Origin: Candidatus Latescibacterota bacterium
GTDB lineage: Bacteria; Latescibacterota; UBA2968
Length of the DNA stretch: 64,000 nucleotides
NCBI GenBank assembly: GCA_965198115.1
Contig: OZ240241.1
Span: forward strand, 7,072,001-7,136,000
Direction: 5' to 3'
Shown here: one piece after another, positions 10,138 to 21,267 of the stretch
Numbering within the stretch: position 1 is the stretch's first letter
Layout: each line of letters begins with the position of its first letter
Notes under the pieces: generated by a model
Databases searched by the model: none
The model's input: the letters and a program-made list of their open reading frames with translations, nothing else
Told to the model about the DNA's origin: nothing
Position numbers and translations under genes: made by a program

Positions 10138-11405
10138 TGCACTTATTGATGGCCTGGTTGTGTCTGGGCTTTGTCGTATCGGGCACGGACGCTGCGGTCG
10201 ACCGCGCGAAAATGCAACGCGATGTCCGAATCATGGAAGGCGTGCTGAGCGAGTTGTTGTCGGGTAACGATGTCTTCGAGGACCATGCGGATGTGAGTGG
10301 GATGTATTTCGATGGGTACGGCGTGCTGTTTCTCGTGGAGAGACCGCGGGTGATCGTTCGCGTCCGACACGGGAACCGCACGGTCAGCCGTACCGAATCG
10401 GGCGATGAGGAGACCACGAAGCTCAAAGAGCACATCGAGGCGTTCTATGGGGACTACGCGAAAAACTTGGGTCTGTTGTCCGACGACGAGCGGGTGACGG
10501 TGAGGGTTCAGGGTGGTCGAGGCTCGGGCTCGGACTATTCCTCCTTCGGTGGGATGTCTGAAATGGACCTGGAGAAGATGCTCGAGACGAAAATGAGGTT
10601 CCTCGAGATCGAAATGGAATCGGTAGAAGACGAGATGGAGGCTGTCGAGGTGGAGATGGAGGTCGTAGAGGAAGAAATGGAGGCTGTCGAGGAGGAGATG
10701 GAGGCGCTCGAAGAGGAAATCGAGGAGGAAGGTGACGAATCGGTCGCGATCAAGCGGTATGGGTTCGATCCGGCCCAGATCCAGAAGCAGATCGAAGAGG
10801 CCACGAGACGAATCCGCAAGGCAGTCGTGAAGATCTCCCCACACGGGGGCAGCGACTTTCCGACGCTCGAGGCGACGGCAACAAAAGCCGAAATCGATCG
10901 AGGCCAAGAAGGGTTCGTGAAGTTCAAGGAGTACGAAGTCGGAGAAACGTCCGAGAAATCGATTCGGATTATGGCAGGGATTCTGAACAGTGCGCTGGAG
11001 GGGGGCTCGTATGGGCGTTCCCACGGCCACGCATCCGGGTTTTACCAGGAAGGTCTCGGAGCTGTCCTATTCCTCGACACTTCTCCAGGGCAACGCGGGT
11101 TCTACGGTCACGCCATCGACTATTACAAGTCTGCGACAGGGGACACGACGCCGAACGAAACCGAAGAAGTCGGGAAGTTCACCAAGGAGTTGGTGTCGCT
11201 GATCGGCGAATACGGGGGAACGCTCAAGTCTGTGAAGGCAGATGAATCAGTCGCCGTAAGAGCGGATTTCGGTCATTGGGGCAGGCTGAAGGGGCGTCCT
11301 TCGGGTCTGCTGGTTCAGATCAAGATGCAGGATGTGGAGCGATTCGGGAAAGGGCGGCTGGATCTGGACGGACTGATGGAGGCGGCGATCGTGGAGGAGT
11401 TGTAG
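10134..11405 (+). CDS. Exported hypothetical protein with an internal duplication and an acidic heptad coiled coil
   Basis: Signal peptide; ATGA coupling; two similar halves (GMYFDGYGVLF / GFYQEGLGAVLF). Confidence 0.75.
   Translation: MMHLLMAWLCLGFVVSGTDAAVDRAKMQRDVRIMEGVLSELLSGNDVFEDHADVSGMYFDGYGVLFLVERPRVIVRVRHGNRTVSRTESGDEETTKLKEHIEAFYGDYAKNLGLLSDDERVTVRVQGGRGSGSDYSSFGGMSEMDLEKMLETKMRFLEIEMESVEDEMEAVEVEMEVVEEEMEAVEEEMEALEEEIEEEGDESVAIKRYGFDPAQIQKQIEEATRRIRKAVVKISPHGGSDFPTLEATATKAEIDRGQEGFVKFKEYEVGETSEKSIRIMAGILNSALEGGSYGRSHGHASGFYQEGLGAVLFLDTSPGQRGFYGHAIDYYKSATGDTTPNETEEVGKFTKELVSLIGEYGGTLKSVKADESVAVRADFGHWGRLKGRPSGLLVQIKMQDVERFGKGRLDLDGLMEAAIVEEL
10611..10730 (+). repeat. 21-bp coding tandem repeat encoding (EMEAVEE)n, about 5.5 copies
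   Basis: EMESVED EMEAVEV EMEVVEE EMEAVEE EMEALEE EIEEE. Confidence 0.85.
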
Positions 11406-11409
11406 AGAG

Positions 11410-11476
11410 AGTCAAAGTGCAAAATGAAAATGCAAAGTGCCGGGCGGTTTCCGCTCGGCATTTTCGTTTCTGACTC
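11410..11476 (+). terminator. Hairpin with 7-bp repeats (CAAAATG/CAAAGTG) after the ECF operon; probable terminator
   Basis: TGCCGGGCGG TTT CCGCTCGGCA TTTT stem-loop preceded by CAAAGTG CAAAATG AAAATG CAAAGTG. Confidence 0.55.
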
Positions 11477-11694
11477 GGCCCGTCCATCGAGGAAACCGCA
11501 GTCAACCCGGTGCGCCACTCTTCCCCAAACAGAGCCACCGCAAGCGGTTACGACAGACGATTTACACCAGCAAGTGCCTGAACGAAGGGCCAGGTCTGTG
11601 TTCGATATTTTGGCCGGTGCATCCCGCCGAAGATGGGTTATCTTTTGACTGTCGCGCATCACTTTTCCACCAGTCTTACGATTGGAGGCGTCCT

Positions 11695-13536
11695 ATGGCT
11701 GAGACGCTGACTTTGACGGATACCGAGCTGGACGGGATGGAAGAGGGGCTTCCGAAGTTGCCTCAGGTCGATCCGTCCGATCTGATGTTCCACAAATTGT
11801 GTGAGGCGACCGACCTCGAGGAGGGGCAGAGCAAGCCGTTCACGGTCGAGGGCACTCATCTGGCGTTGTTCAAGGACGATGGGGCGTTTCACGTCGTCGA
11901 CAACCGGTGTCCTCACATGGGCTATCCCATGTCGGAGGGCAGTGTCAGAGATGGGGTTCTCCTCTGTCACTGGCACCATTGGGAGTTCGATCTGAAAACC
12001 GGTGGCTGTTTTTTGACGGGGGGAGACGACCTGAAATCATTTCCGGTCGAGGTGCGGGACGACGGTAACGTCTATGTGGGCTTGTCGGGCGGCGAAAAAG
12101 AGGAGGCCCGACTCCGAATGATCGCGCGCGGCAAACGAACACTCGAACAGGGGTTGAAGGATCGGAGTTCCTTCCTGATCGCCAAGGCCGTGACCGCATT
12201 GCGCGAGAGCGGGGCGACGCCACAGGAGATCATTCAGCACGGTCTGTTCTACGGTTCCTACAAGACGCAGGACGGAGTGTCTTCGGGTGTGGCGATTCTG
12301 GGGATCGCGGCGAATATGTGGGACGACGTCGCGGACAACGATCACAACCTGTTCCTGGTCCACGGTCTGACACAGATCGCGCGCCGGACAGGGGGCGGAT
12401 CTCGGCGCCAACGGTTTCCCTTTCCGAGTGCGAGTGGTGACCCCGATCTGGAAACGCTGAAGCGATGGTTTCGTCGGTATATCGAGCTGAGGGATCGCGG
12501 GGCGGCCGAGCGCATTCTGATCACGTTGTACGATCGAGGTCACGATCCGAGCGTGATCGCGGATTTCGTGTTCGCTGCCGCGACCGATTTCTACTTCACG
12601 GGAGACGGCCACGCGCTCGATTTTGCGAACAAGATGTTCGAGTCTCTGGAGTATATCGATTGGAAGGGCGCTCAGGAGATTCTTCGACCGATCGTCGTCG
12701 ATCTGGTTGGGCGGACCCGTCACGAAGAGACGTCGCGGTGGGCGGATTCGGTTCCGGTTTTAGAGGATGTGTTCAAACGACTGGACGGGATCTGGGAAGA
12801 CAATCAGTCGAATGAGGCCGATCTGGATGTGTCGGAGTTCGCGCAGGTGATGCTCCAGGACGAATTCGAACCGATCGTGGCTGCGGTCGAGGAGAAACTG
12901 CGAGAGGGTGTCGATCCGAAGGCGATCTGCCGGGCGATGGCCTACGCGAGCGCGATTCGTACCAGCCGCTTCCACCTGAAGAACGAAGGTGATTGGCACG
13001 ATGTCGCCAACATTTACTCCTATGCTCACGCGCTCTATCGCGCCTTCCATTTGGCTCCAAGCAAGGAGTTGCTGCGTGGGTTGTTCCACGGCGCCGTGTT
13101 TATGACGTATGTCCGGTGGCTGAATATGCCATCAGCGAGAGTGCCGAATCCCGGCCAGACTTTGGGTGAACCCTTTGCGTCGGACAAGGCGATGCTGGAG
13201 CGGTTGCAGGAGTTCGCCGACTTTCAAAAAGTGTTCGAGGCAGAGCTGGTCGTGAATCAGTATCTGGAGGAAGGCCGAGACGTTGAGGCGCTCAGGTACG
13301 CCCTTGCTCACGTGACGCTGCGGGAGGACGCAGAGCTTCACATGTTCCAGGTGCTGGAGGTGGCGTATCGACACTTCGAGCTGAGCGATGATCCCGAAGA
13401 ACAGCGGATGCATATGCTCGCGGCGACGCGTTACATTACCGCTCAGAAGGTGATGAAGGGGATTCTGTGGTCGACGGAGAATGCGGAGCGGCTGCAGCGA
13501 GGTGATTTGCTGAGCGAGAGGGACGACGACAACTAG
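11695..13536 (+). CDS. Rieske [2Fe-2S] ferredoxin domain fused to a large helical domain of unknown function
   Basis: NRCPHMG...CHWHHWEFDL Rieske motif; GGAGG RBS before ATG 11695. Confidence 0.88.
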   Translation: MAETLTLTDTELDGMEEGLPKLPQVDPSDLMFHKLCEATDLEEGQSKPFTVEGTHLALFKDDGAFHVVDNRCPHMGYPMSEGSVRDGVLLCHWHHWEFDLKTGGCFLTGGDDLKSFPVEVRDDGNVYVGLSGGEKEEARLRMIARGKRTLEQGLKDRSSFLIAKAVTALRESGATPQEIIQHGLFYGSYKTQDGVSSGVAILGIAANMWDDVADNDHNLFLVHGLTQIARRTGGGSRRQRFPFPSASGDPDLETLKRWFRRYIELRDRGAAERILITLYDRGHDPSVIADFVFAAATDFYFTGDGHALDFANKMFESLEYIDWKGAQEILRPIVVDLVGRTRHEETSRWADSVPVLEDVFKRLDGIWEDNQSNEADLDVSEFAQVMLQDEFEPIVAAVEEKLREGVDPKAICRAMAYASAIRTSRFHLKNEGDWHDVANIYSYAHALYRAFHLAPSKELLRGLFHGAVFMTYVRWLNMPSARVPNPGQTLGEPFASDKAMLERLQEFADFQKVFEAELVVNQYLEEGRDVEALRYALAHVTLREDAELHMFQVLEVAYRHFELSDDPEEQRMHMLAATRYITAQKVMKGILWSTENAERLQRGDLLSERDDDN

Positions 13537-13681
13537 AACCACTAAGGCTCCAAGACACCAAGAAGGCTAAACACGAAGACGCGAAGAACTGTGTAAGCCT
13601 TCGGATATCGAGGCGGGATCTTATCTTGAGATCCCGCCTTTCCTTTGTGTTAGAGCGTGGATGTGACGCTACATTGTATCG

Positions 13682-14275
13682 ATGGCTGAGGAGATCGACA
13701 AGGTAGGGGAGCTGGTCGATAGGATTGCGACGAAGGAGTCGCGCGCCAGGACGCGGCTGGTGGGAATCGATGGATGCGGCGGAGCGGGGAAGTCGACGCT
13801 GGCGCAACAGCTCGTGAACCGAATGACAGATGCCAGGGCGATCGGCGTCGATGACTTCTGGTTGACGAAGGCGATCCGACCGGAGCGGGCGAGAGTGATT
13901 GAGGAACCGGGGTGCGATTACGACTGGCAGCGCCTCCGCGACCAGGTTCTCGTGCCGCTGATGGGGGACCGACCTGGGCGATATCAGCGATACGATTGGG
14001 AATCGGACGCCCTCCACGAATGGCACGATGTGGCGGTGGGTGGAACGGTGATTGTCGAGGGCGTGTTCGTCACCAGACAGGAACTGGCATCCTACTATGA
14101 CCTGCGGGTCTGGGTGGACGTCGATGAGGGGGAGTGTCTGGCGCGAGGGATCGAGCGGGATGGCGGCCAGCATCGTGAGCTCTGGGAAGGTGAATGGATG
14201 CCGGCCTATCGGACCTACATCGATCAGGATGATCCTGTGGCACGAGCCGACTTTGTATTGAAGTATGGAAATTGA
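13682..14275 (+). CDS. Uridine kinase-family P-loop kinase
   Basis: LVGIDGCGGAGKST, DDF, YQRYDW, IVEGV. Confidence 0.85.
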   Translation: MAEEIDKVGELVDRIATKESRARTRLVGIDGCGGAGKSTLAQQLVNRMTDARAIGVDDFWLTKAIRPERARVIEEPGCDYDWQRLRDQVLVPLMGDRPGRYQRYDWESDALHEWHDVAVGGTVIVEGVFVTRQELASYYDLRVWVDVDEGECLARGIERDGGQHRELWEGEWMPAYRTYIDQDDPVARADFVLKYGN

Positions 14276-14302
14276 AAAATTCAAATTGGGCATCGACTTG
14301 GT

Positions 14303-15126
14303 ATGGCTATGAGTGACCGACTGGCGGGGAAGGTGGCGATCGTTACCGGGTCGGGGACGCGTGAAGGGGACGGCGTCGGCGTCGGGCGCGCGATGGCGGT
14401 GAGGTTTGCCCGTGAGGGCGCACGTGTGCTCGTGGTAGATATCGAGATGGCGAACGCTGAGGAAACGGTAACGGCACTGGAGGATGAAGGATTCCAAGGG
14501 TCGGCGTTCGAGGCAGACGTTTCGGCGGAATCCGCGTGTGAAGGGATGGTGGCTGCGGCGGTCGATCGCTATGGGAAGCTGGATACGCTCGTCAATTCAG
14601 TCGGCATCGGCGGGCGAGGCAAGGTCACGGAGGTGGATGAAGCCGAGTGGGATCGGGTCGTGGATGTGGATATGAAGAGCTGCGCGATGGCCTCGAAACA
14701 CGCGATTCCGGCGATGGTCGAGGCAGGGGGCGGGTCGATTACGAACATCGCGTCGATCGACGGGATCAAGGCGGGATCGTGGCCGAACATTCCCTACGCA
14801 GCCGCCAAAGGCGGAATGATCGCGATGACACGCAACATGGCAGTTCAACACGGTCGAGACGGAGTTCGCGTGAACTGCATTGCGCCGGGGCATATCTACA
14901 CGCCGATGGTGAGCGGAATCCTCACCGAGGAAACGCGAAAACGTCGAGCCAGCGCCGGGCCGCTCGGCACGGAGGGCACGGCGTGGGATGTGGCGTGGGC
15001 GTGTTCCTGGCAAGTGACGAGGCGCGGTGGATTACGGGTGTGGTGCTGCCGGTCGATGCGGGGACGCTCGCCGCGAATCCTTTGTCGATGTACGATCAGA
15101 TTCGGGAAGGAGAGGGTGGAGATTAG
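14303..15126 (+). CDS. SDR-family oxidoreductase (frameshift near 15000)
   Basis: GKVAIVTG, YAAAK catalytic motif, VRVNCIAPG; C-terminus VFLASDEARWITGVVLPVDAG in another frame. Confidence 0.88.
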
Positions 15127-15171
15127 GAAATTGCCGTATTAGGAAATTACCACATTGCTCCCTGCAGCGGC

Positions 15172-16122
15172 TCAGACGTGGAGATAACGGTCGGCCTCGT
15201 CGTCCTGCCACTGGAGCTGAAGCCCATTGGTCTCGTGGGGTTTGAAAGCTCGTGCGACGTCCTCGATCCTGGTTTCGAGGACGTCGATTTTGTCGAGGTC
15301 GGCTACGCCCAGACCGAGATCGTTCCCGTAGGCGAGTAAACCGAGGGTCATCGGCTCGAAGCCCATACACTTGGCCATCACGGCGTCGGTCGCGTAGACG
15401 TCGATTCCAGCCGCTGCAACACCCAGGTCGACAGCATCTTCTCCAGTGGGCCCATTGCCCTGGAGACCGACGGTACCGTCGATGACGGCGATATCGGGCG
15501 TCAGACGACTTGCCAGCCGGATGAGGTTGACGTTCAGCCGCTGGGCCTCGGTCGGTAACTCGCGCTCTTCGTGCGATGGATAGCCGTGCATCTTGACGCG
15601 GTCTTCCTTCCGGATGGTTCCCATAATCATGTTCTTCAGGGCGAGGGTGACGCAGCAGACATCGTGTGTCTTGGCGATGGCCATTGAGATCTTGCAGGGA
15701 CAGTCGAGGACGGTCTTCGGCATGTGCACGAGGTATTCCGAGCGGTCTGCCACGTAGATGGGGATGGTCTCCCACTCCGTTTCCTGATGGAGATCGATCA
15801 GCTGGATCGGGATGTCGCTTTCTTCGACGAGGGCCTGATAGGCGAAGTTTTCGAAGCTTTCCCCGGAATACTCTTCGTTCCCACCTTCAGCGATCAGGAT
15901 TTCCTTCGGTGGATTTGGGCACGAAAGCAGGAAGTCGATCGCGCCTCTCATCGCGTCAGCGTGGCTGGAAGCGAGCTGATTCTTGTTCGACAGGAAATTC
16001 GGCTTGAGTAAGACCTGGTCGCGGATTCTGGGGACCAAGTCATCGCGTACGAGATCCATTGCGGCGTAGATGTTTTCGCGACGTGTGTCGCGGCGGGCAA
16101 GAGCGACTTTGGGGTTCGACAT
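15172..16122 (-). CDS. DUF362-domain protein
   Basis: VLLKPNF, IAEG, KTHDVCCVTLALKN, IDGTVGLQGNGP, DAV...MGFEP. Confidence 0.82.
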   Translation of the reverse strand: MSNPKVALARRDTRRENIYAAMDLVRDDLVPRIRDQVLLKPNFLSNKNQLASSHADAMRGAIDFLLSCPNPPKEILIAEGGNEEYSGESFENFAYQALVEESDIPIQLIDLHQETEWETIPIYVADRSEYLVHMPKTVLDCPCKISMAIAKTHDVCCVTLALKNMIMGTIRKEDRVKMHGYPSHEERELPTEAQRLNVNLIRLASRLTPDIAVIDGTVGLQGNGPTGEDAVDLGVAAAGIDVYATDAVMAKCMGFEPMTLGLLAYGNDLGLGVADLDKIDVLETRIEDVARAFKPHETNGLQLQWQDDEADRYLHV

Positions 16123-16236
16123 TTTAATTCTCCGTAGACAGTCGACGTTTTGGCTTTCACCCAAGATAGTGTAATTCGTCGACGATGGACAGTGTAGCGG
16201 AGGACAGAGGTCAGGGAAGGCGGCTTCCCTCCCGTC

Positions 16237-16263
16237 GGTGGGAGCGGTTTCTGACCGCGAACT
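16237..16263. repeat. REP-like palindrome GGTGGGAGCGGT...ACCGCGAACT
   Basis: A second copy with an inserted palindrome occurs at 21327-21378; both lie between genes. Confidence 0.55.
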
Positions 16264-16362
16264 GTATCTGATAGGTCGGCGGTGGGCTTAGCGGTCGGCG
16301 GAGACACGGCTTCGCCCCTCTTGCCACTGACAAAGGTACTCTCTCTGTGAACTCAAAACTCG

Positions 16363-18459
16363 CTATTCGCTACTCTTTTTCCGTCCCTCCCAGGACACCA
16401 ATACGCTGTCGATCACCGCAGGTGTGTTAGGGCGCGTGTCTGCTGGCAGGGCGATGGTGATGGGCCGTATGGAGGTCGTGTCTATGAGCGCTGGTTCGAG
16501 ACCGGTGATGGGGTGGACGATTCGGTGGACGACGCCATCGGGAGGACGAAAAACACCCGATGGGCGGGGGTTTACGGTCTTCATGAACGTTGCCCAGATC
16601 GGCGCTGCGCCGTTGCCTCCGGTGATCTGCCGCCGTGTCTTCTGATCGATCAGGTGTCGGTTTCCTCGCCGGCTGTCGAACCCGACCCAGGCGGACGCCA
16701 CGTAGTCCGGCGTGAATCCGGTGAACCAGGCATCGGTGTTGTCGTTCGTGGTTCCGGTTTTTCCGGCCGCCGAGCCGCGATAGCCCAGGCGTCGGACGGT
16801 GTAGCCCGTTCCGCGATCGACGACGTTCTGCAGGAGACGCAGCACGGTGTAGGCGTGGGTGGGATCGACGACCGGTGTGGGCGACGGTCGATGTCGGTAG
16901 AGATCGGTGCCGGTATTCCGGTCGACGATTCGAGTGATGAAGGTGGGTGCTACGCGCAGACCATAGTTCGCGATCGTCCCGTATGCGGTGGTCATGTCAA
17001 CGACGGAAACTTCGTTCGAGCCCAGGGCGATGCTGGGAACGGCCACGAGAGGGCTCGCGATGCCGAGCCGTCTGGCCGTGTCGACGACCTGTCGAGGGCC
17101 AATCCGGTCGACGATCTGAACACTCGTCGAATTGGCGGATCGAATTAGTGCCCAGGAAGCCGTCGTCAACCCGAGGTAGCTCTCCTGAAAGTTGCGGGGC
17201 GTCCACGGGCGGTTGTTCACGCGATACGTGCGGGGCTCGTCGACAAACAGCGACAGCGGTGTAACCGCGCCGGACTCGAAAGCGGATAGATAGACGATCG
17301 GTTTGAAACTGGAACCGGGTTGACGTCGGGCATCGGTCGTTCGGTTGTAATAGCTGACAAAGATGTCGCGCCCCCCCACCATCGCTTTGACGTGGCCATT
17401 CGAAGGATCGGTGCAGAGGAGCGCGGCCTGGACGTAGTCCTTGCGACCGTCGGGAGATGCGTCGGCGTAGGCGGGGAAACCGAGTCGTCGGTCGAGGTCG
17501 GTGACACCGCGAGTGACCGCCTCTTCAGCCGCTCGTTGGAAGGCGAGATCGAGGGTCGTGTGGATGTCGAGCGCGCCGAAGCTGAGGACCGATCGCCCCC
17601 ATCGGCGTGCGACCTCGGATTTGATGGTTTCGACAAAATAAGGTGTTCGATTGCGACGACGGTCACGTGTCGAGAGCCGTAGTGAGTCCGCTTTCGCGCT
17701 GTCGGCGGCTTCTGGCGAGAGGTAGCCCTCGGTGACCATTCTGTTGAGGACGTGGTGGGCTCTTCGAGTGGCGGCAGCGATCGACGCCGCGTCCCCGACG
17801 CTTGGGGAGAGTGTGGTTGGCGCGTTGGGGAGACCGGCCAGGACGGCCGCTTCGAGGGGTGAGAGGTCGAGACCGGATTTCCCGAAGTAGACCCGAGCCG
17901 CATCTTCGATGCCGTAAGCGTTCGTTCCATAAAAGCTGCCATTGATGTAGACCTCGAGCAGCCGATCCTTGTATCGGTCACCGTAGGTGTTTTCGTACAT
18001 CGCTTCGAGCTGGAGCGCGAGCAGGACCTCCTTGAGTTTACGTGTGTAGGTTTTCTCACGCGTGAGGAAGAGGTTCTTGACGATCTGCTGGGTGAGGGTG
18101 CTCCCGCCCCGGGTCTTGCGCCAGGTGACGAGGTTGTTGGCCGCCGCGCCCGCGATGGCCTTGAGGCTTACGCCTCGGTGGTGGTAAAAATCCGCGTCTT
18201 CGGTCGCGATGACGGCGTGGAGAAAGACGGGGGCGACGTCTTCGAGTCTGACGCGGTCGATGGTCCTGTTGATCGTGTAGATCAACGTTCCGTCTTCGGC
18301 GTAGATGTTGACACCGACCTGCTTGTCTAAACTGTCCAGTTCGTCGGGTATGCGTGGCAGGCGCACGGTTGTGATGTAGTAGATGCCCAGAAGCCCGATG
18401 ACGACCAGGTCGAGGATCCACAGGCCGATGATCGTGGTGGCGCGGTAGCGCCGGTTCAT
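16363..18459 (-). CDS. Class A penicillin-binding protein (PBP1A family)
   Basis: TG motifs EDADFYHH, GGSTLTQQ, RKLKE; TP motifs SSFK, SAN, KTGT. Confidence 0.95.
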   Translation of the reverse strand: MNRRYRATTIIGLWILDLVVIGLLGIYYITTVRLPRIPDELDSLDKQVGVNIYAEDGTLIYTINRTIDRVRLEDVAPVFLHAVIATEDADFYHHRGVSLKAIAGAAANNLVTWRKTRGGSTLTQQIVKNLFLTREKTYTRKLKEVLLALQLEAMYENTYGDRYKDRLLEVYINGSFYGTNAYGIEDAARVYFGKSGLDLSPLEAAVLAGLPNAPTTLSPSVGDAASIAAATRRAHHVLNRMVTEGYLSPEAADSAKADSLRLSTRDRRRNRTPYFVETIKSEVARRWGRSVLSFGALDIHTTLDLAFQRAAEEAVTRGVTDLDRRLGFPAYADASPDGRKDYVQAALLCTDPSNGHVKAMVGGRDIFVSYYNRTTDARRQPGSSFKPIVYLSAFESGAVTPLSLFVDEPRTYRVNNRPWTPRNFQESYLGLTTASWALIRSANSTSVQIVDRIGPRQVVDTARRLGIASPLVAVPSIALGSNEVSVVDMTTAYGTIANYGLRVAPTFITRIVDRNTGTDLYRHRPSPTPVVDPTHAYTVLRLLQNVVDRGTGYTVRRLGYRGSAAGKTGTTNDNTDAWFTGFTPDYVASAWVGFDSRRGNRHLIDQKTRRQITGGNGAAPIWATFMKTVNPRPSGVFRPPDGVVHRIVHPITGLEPALIDTTSIRPITIALPADTRPNTPAVIDSVLVSWEGRKKSSE

Positions 18460-19262
18460 CGGTCGACCTCGTCGGCGATGCCGAGGATCGTTTTGACCGC
18501 TTCGGTGTCGATCGTGAATGTGGCAGGCCGCGTGTCCAGGTCCTCGTAGAGCTCACCGCGATAGGCGCCCATCATCTGGTTGAGAAAGATCTGACTTACG
18601 TGACCACTCTGATACGACGAGCGGATGCGATCGGCTTCATCCACCCGACGCTGTTCACGGATGACGTCGGAAACCGTTCGCTCGATGTCGGCACGGACCG
18701 GGTCGATGTGTGTCGTGTCATCGGGAGATGTGGTAAGACCCCCCGCCAGTTCGATCGTCCGCTCTACCTCTTGGGCCACGTCCGTTTCAGATACGGTTAT
18801 CTCCAGATGAGCCTCGGTGAGCAGGCGCTGGCCGATCGCGAAGATCCGGTGGTCTTCGATCAGCGTTCGGGTGTCTCGGGTATCTGCAGGGGAGCGTCGA
18901 TACTCTAGGGCGAGGTAGGTGGGCAGACCGGAGGGCGGAATCCGTTCGAGCGTGTAGGTTCCGCGTGAGACGGCGCCTGGCAGGCTCGCGTCGGGCGATG
19001 TGGGCAGGTCCTCGAGTGCGATCGCATTGCGCGCCCGATCTTCGGATGTCAGGCGAGACCAGATCGACCCGGTCGATTGCCGGACCCCGTTGGTCGAAAC
19101 GAGATACGCGCCAACTTTCCCCGCGATCCAGTTCGTCTCGTATTCGAACACGGCGAGTGCGCATCCAGCGAAGAGCGATGCGGTTACCGCCCCCACCCAA
19201 AGGCGCCAACGTCCGGACTGTCGATCGCGTCTGTTGTGTCTGTCCTCGGCGGCTAACGACAC
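18456..19262 (-). CDS. Membrane-anchored hypothetical protein coupled to the PBP1A gene
   Basis: ATGA overlap with PBP1A; N-terminal TM helix; start uncertain. Confidence 0.65.
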   Translation of the reverse strand: MSLAAEDRHNRRDRQSGRWRLWVGAVTASLFAGCALAVFEYETNWIAGKVGAYLVSTNGVRQSTGSIWSRLTSEDRARNAIALEDLPTSPDASLPGAVSRGTYTLERIPPSGLPTYLALEYRRSPADTRDTRTLIEDHRIFAIGQRLLTEAHLEITVSETDVAQEVERTIELAGGLTTSPDDTTHIDPVRADIERTVSDVIREQRRVDEADRIRSSYQSGHVSQIFLNQMMGAYRGELYEDLDTRPATFTIDTEAVKTILGIADEVDR

Positions 19263-19411
19263 CCGAATCCCCCAAGTTCATCTGGTTATCTCATCGAGGT
19301 TACATTAGTAGATGACATCGCGCTGAACTTCTATAGATGTAGCTTCCGATGGTTTGGCAGGACCTCCTGGCGTTTGCTCACCCGGCAAGCGCCTTTGATA
19401 TGTGAGAACGA

Positions 19412-19951
19412 ATGACGATTCGAAAATTGGGCTGCCAGTACGTGCGATTCGCCGACGATCTGAGCGAACGCGTTGGACGCGGCGTGTCGTGGCTGACGAC
19501 GATTCTGGTCTTGATCGTGTGCTACGACGTGTTTTCGCGCTACTTGCTGAAGCAGAGTTACGTGGCGGTGCAGGAGATGGAGTGGCATCTGTTCGCGCTG
19601 ATCTTCCTGCTGGGGGCGGCCTACACGCTGAAGCACGACAATCACGTGCGCGTGGATGTGTTCTACAGCCGTTTCTCCCCACGAACCAAGGCGATCGTCA
19701 ATGTGGCGGGCAGCGTGCTGTTTCTCGTGCCCTTCTGTCTGATCGGAATCTGGGGGGCGCAGACGTTCGTCAAGACATCGTATCTGATCGGAGAGACTTC
19801 ACCGGATCCGGGCGGGTTGCCTTTTCGGTTCATTCTCAAGGCGACGATCCCGGTCGGGTTCATTCTAGTCCTGATTCAGGGAATCTCCCTGGCGTTCACG
19901 TCGTTCGCGACAGTGATGGGATGGATCGACGAGGAGGGCGTCGAGCAATGA
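19412..19951 (+). CDS. dctQ: TRAP transporter small permease
   Basis: [26 protein letters not shown]; start uncertain. Confidence 0.9.
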   Translation: MTIRKLGCQYVRFADDLSERVGRGVSWLTTILVLIVCYDVFSRYLLKQSYVAVQEMEWHLFALIFLLGAAYTLKHDNHVRVDVFYSRFSPRTKAIVNVAGSVLFLVPFCLIGIWGAQTFVKTSYLIGETSPDPGGLPFRFILKATIPVGFILVLIQGISLAFTSFATVMGWIDEEGVEQ

Positions 19952-21267
19952 TCGAGTCGATGCCTCTCATGTTGTTCCTCGTGCTGTTCGTTCTGATGCT
20001 GTTCGGGTTTCCCGTGGCGTTCACGCTCGGTGGGGTCTCGGTGCTGATGGGTGTGATGACGTTCGGCTTCGACTTCTTCAATCTCCTGCCCCTTCGCGTG
20101 TGGGGCGTGATGACGAACTACGTGCTGATCGCCGTGCCATTATTCGTCTATATGGGCGTGATGCTGGAGAAATCGGGGCTGGCAGAAGAGCTGCTGGAGA
20201 CGATGGCGCTGCTGTTCGGACGTCTCCGCGGTGGACTCGCAATTTCGATCGTGGTGGTGGGGGCGATGCTGGGCGCGTCGACAGGGATCGTCGGAGCGAC
20301 CGTCGTGACGATGGGATTGCTTAGTCTTCCGACAATGCTGCGTCGCGGTTATGCGGCGACGGTGGCGACGGGAACGGTCGCTGCGTCGGGGACGCTCGGA
20401 CAGATCATTCCGCCGAGCATCGTGTTGGTACTGTTGGGCAGCATCCTGAACGTTTCGATCGGCGATATGTTCATGGGCGCCGTGATCCCAGGGTTCGTGC
20501 TCGTCGGGCTCTATCTGGCGTGGTTGATCGCACTGGCGATCTCGCGCCCCGATCTGACACCTGCGATGCCTGCGGAGGAGCTGATGGCGTTCAGGTCGGA
20601 AGGGATGATGCGCCGGGTGTTTCAAGCGTTCGTCCTGCCGTTCGTCCTGATTCTGGCCGTGCTGGGGTCGATCTTCGCCGGTGTGGCTTCGCCCACGGAG
20701 GCGGCGGCGGTCGGGGCTTTCGGCGCGACGGTCCTGACGATCGTGCAGGGCAAGTTTTCGATGCACACCCTCCGAGGCGTGATGTCGGAAACGACGCATC
20801 TGACCTGTATGGTTTTCTTCATTCTCGTGGGCGCAACGTCGTTCGGTCTGGTGTTCCGGGGGATGCAGGGCGATGTCTATCTGACGCAGCTGATCCTGAA
20901 CGCGAATATGGGGCCCAGCACGTTTCTGGCCCTTGTGATGGTGATCATCTTCGTGGCCGGGTTCTTCATCGATTTCATCGAGATCACGTTCATCATCGTC
21001 CCGGTCGTGGCGCCGATTTTCGAGACGCTCGGTGTCAACCTGCTTTGGATCGGGATTTTGATCGCGATGAATCTGCAGACGTCGTTTCTGACCCCGCCTT
21101 TCGGCTTTTCGTTGTTCTACCTCAAAGGTGTCGCCCCGGATGGTGTGGAGACGAGTCATATCTATCGTGGGATCGTTCCCTTTATCGTGATCCAGCTGAT
21201 CGGATTGGGACTGGTGATCGCCTTTCCCCAGATGGCGACGTGGTTTCCAGTTTGGATTTCGGGGTGA
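19948..21267 (+). CDS. dctM: TRAP transporter large permease
   Basis: [39 protein letters not shown]; ATGA overlap with dctQ. Confidence 0.93.
   Translation: MIESMPLMLFLVLFVLMLFGFPVAFTLGGVSVLMGVMTFGFDFFNLLPLRVWGVMTNYVLIAVPLFVYMGVMLEKSGLAEELLETMALLFGRLRGGLAISIVVVGAMLGASTGIVGATVVTMGLLSLPTMLRRGYAATVATGTVAASGTLGQIIPPSIVLVLLGSILNVSIGDMFMGAVIPGFVLVGLYLAWLIALAISRPDLTPAMPAEELMAFRSEGMMRRVFQAFVLPFVLILAVLGSIFAGVASPTEAAAVGAFGATVLTIVQGKFSMHTLRGVMSETTHLTCMVFFILVGATSFGLVFRGMQGDVYLTQLILNANMGPSTFLALVMVIIFVAGFFIDFIEITFIIVPVVAPIFETLGVNLLWIGILIAMNLQTSFLTPPFGFSLFYLKGVAPDGVETSHIYRGIVPFIVIQLIGLGLVIAFPQMATWFPVWISG

Noticed and set aside
19402-21267. 621-aa DctQ-DctM fusion from the ORF track
   Set aside because: The upstream extension is off-frame to dctQ; dctQ and dctM are separate genes with an ATGA overlap at 19948-19951.
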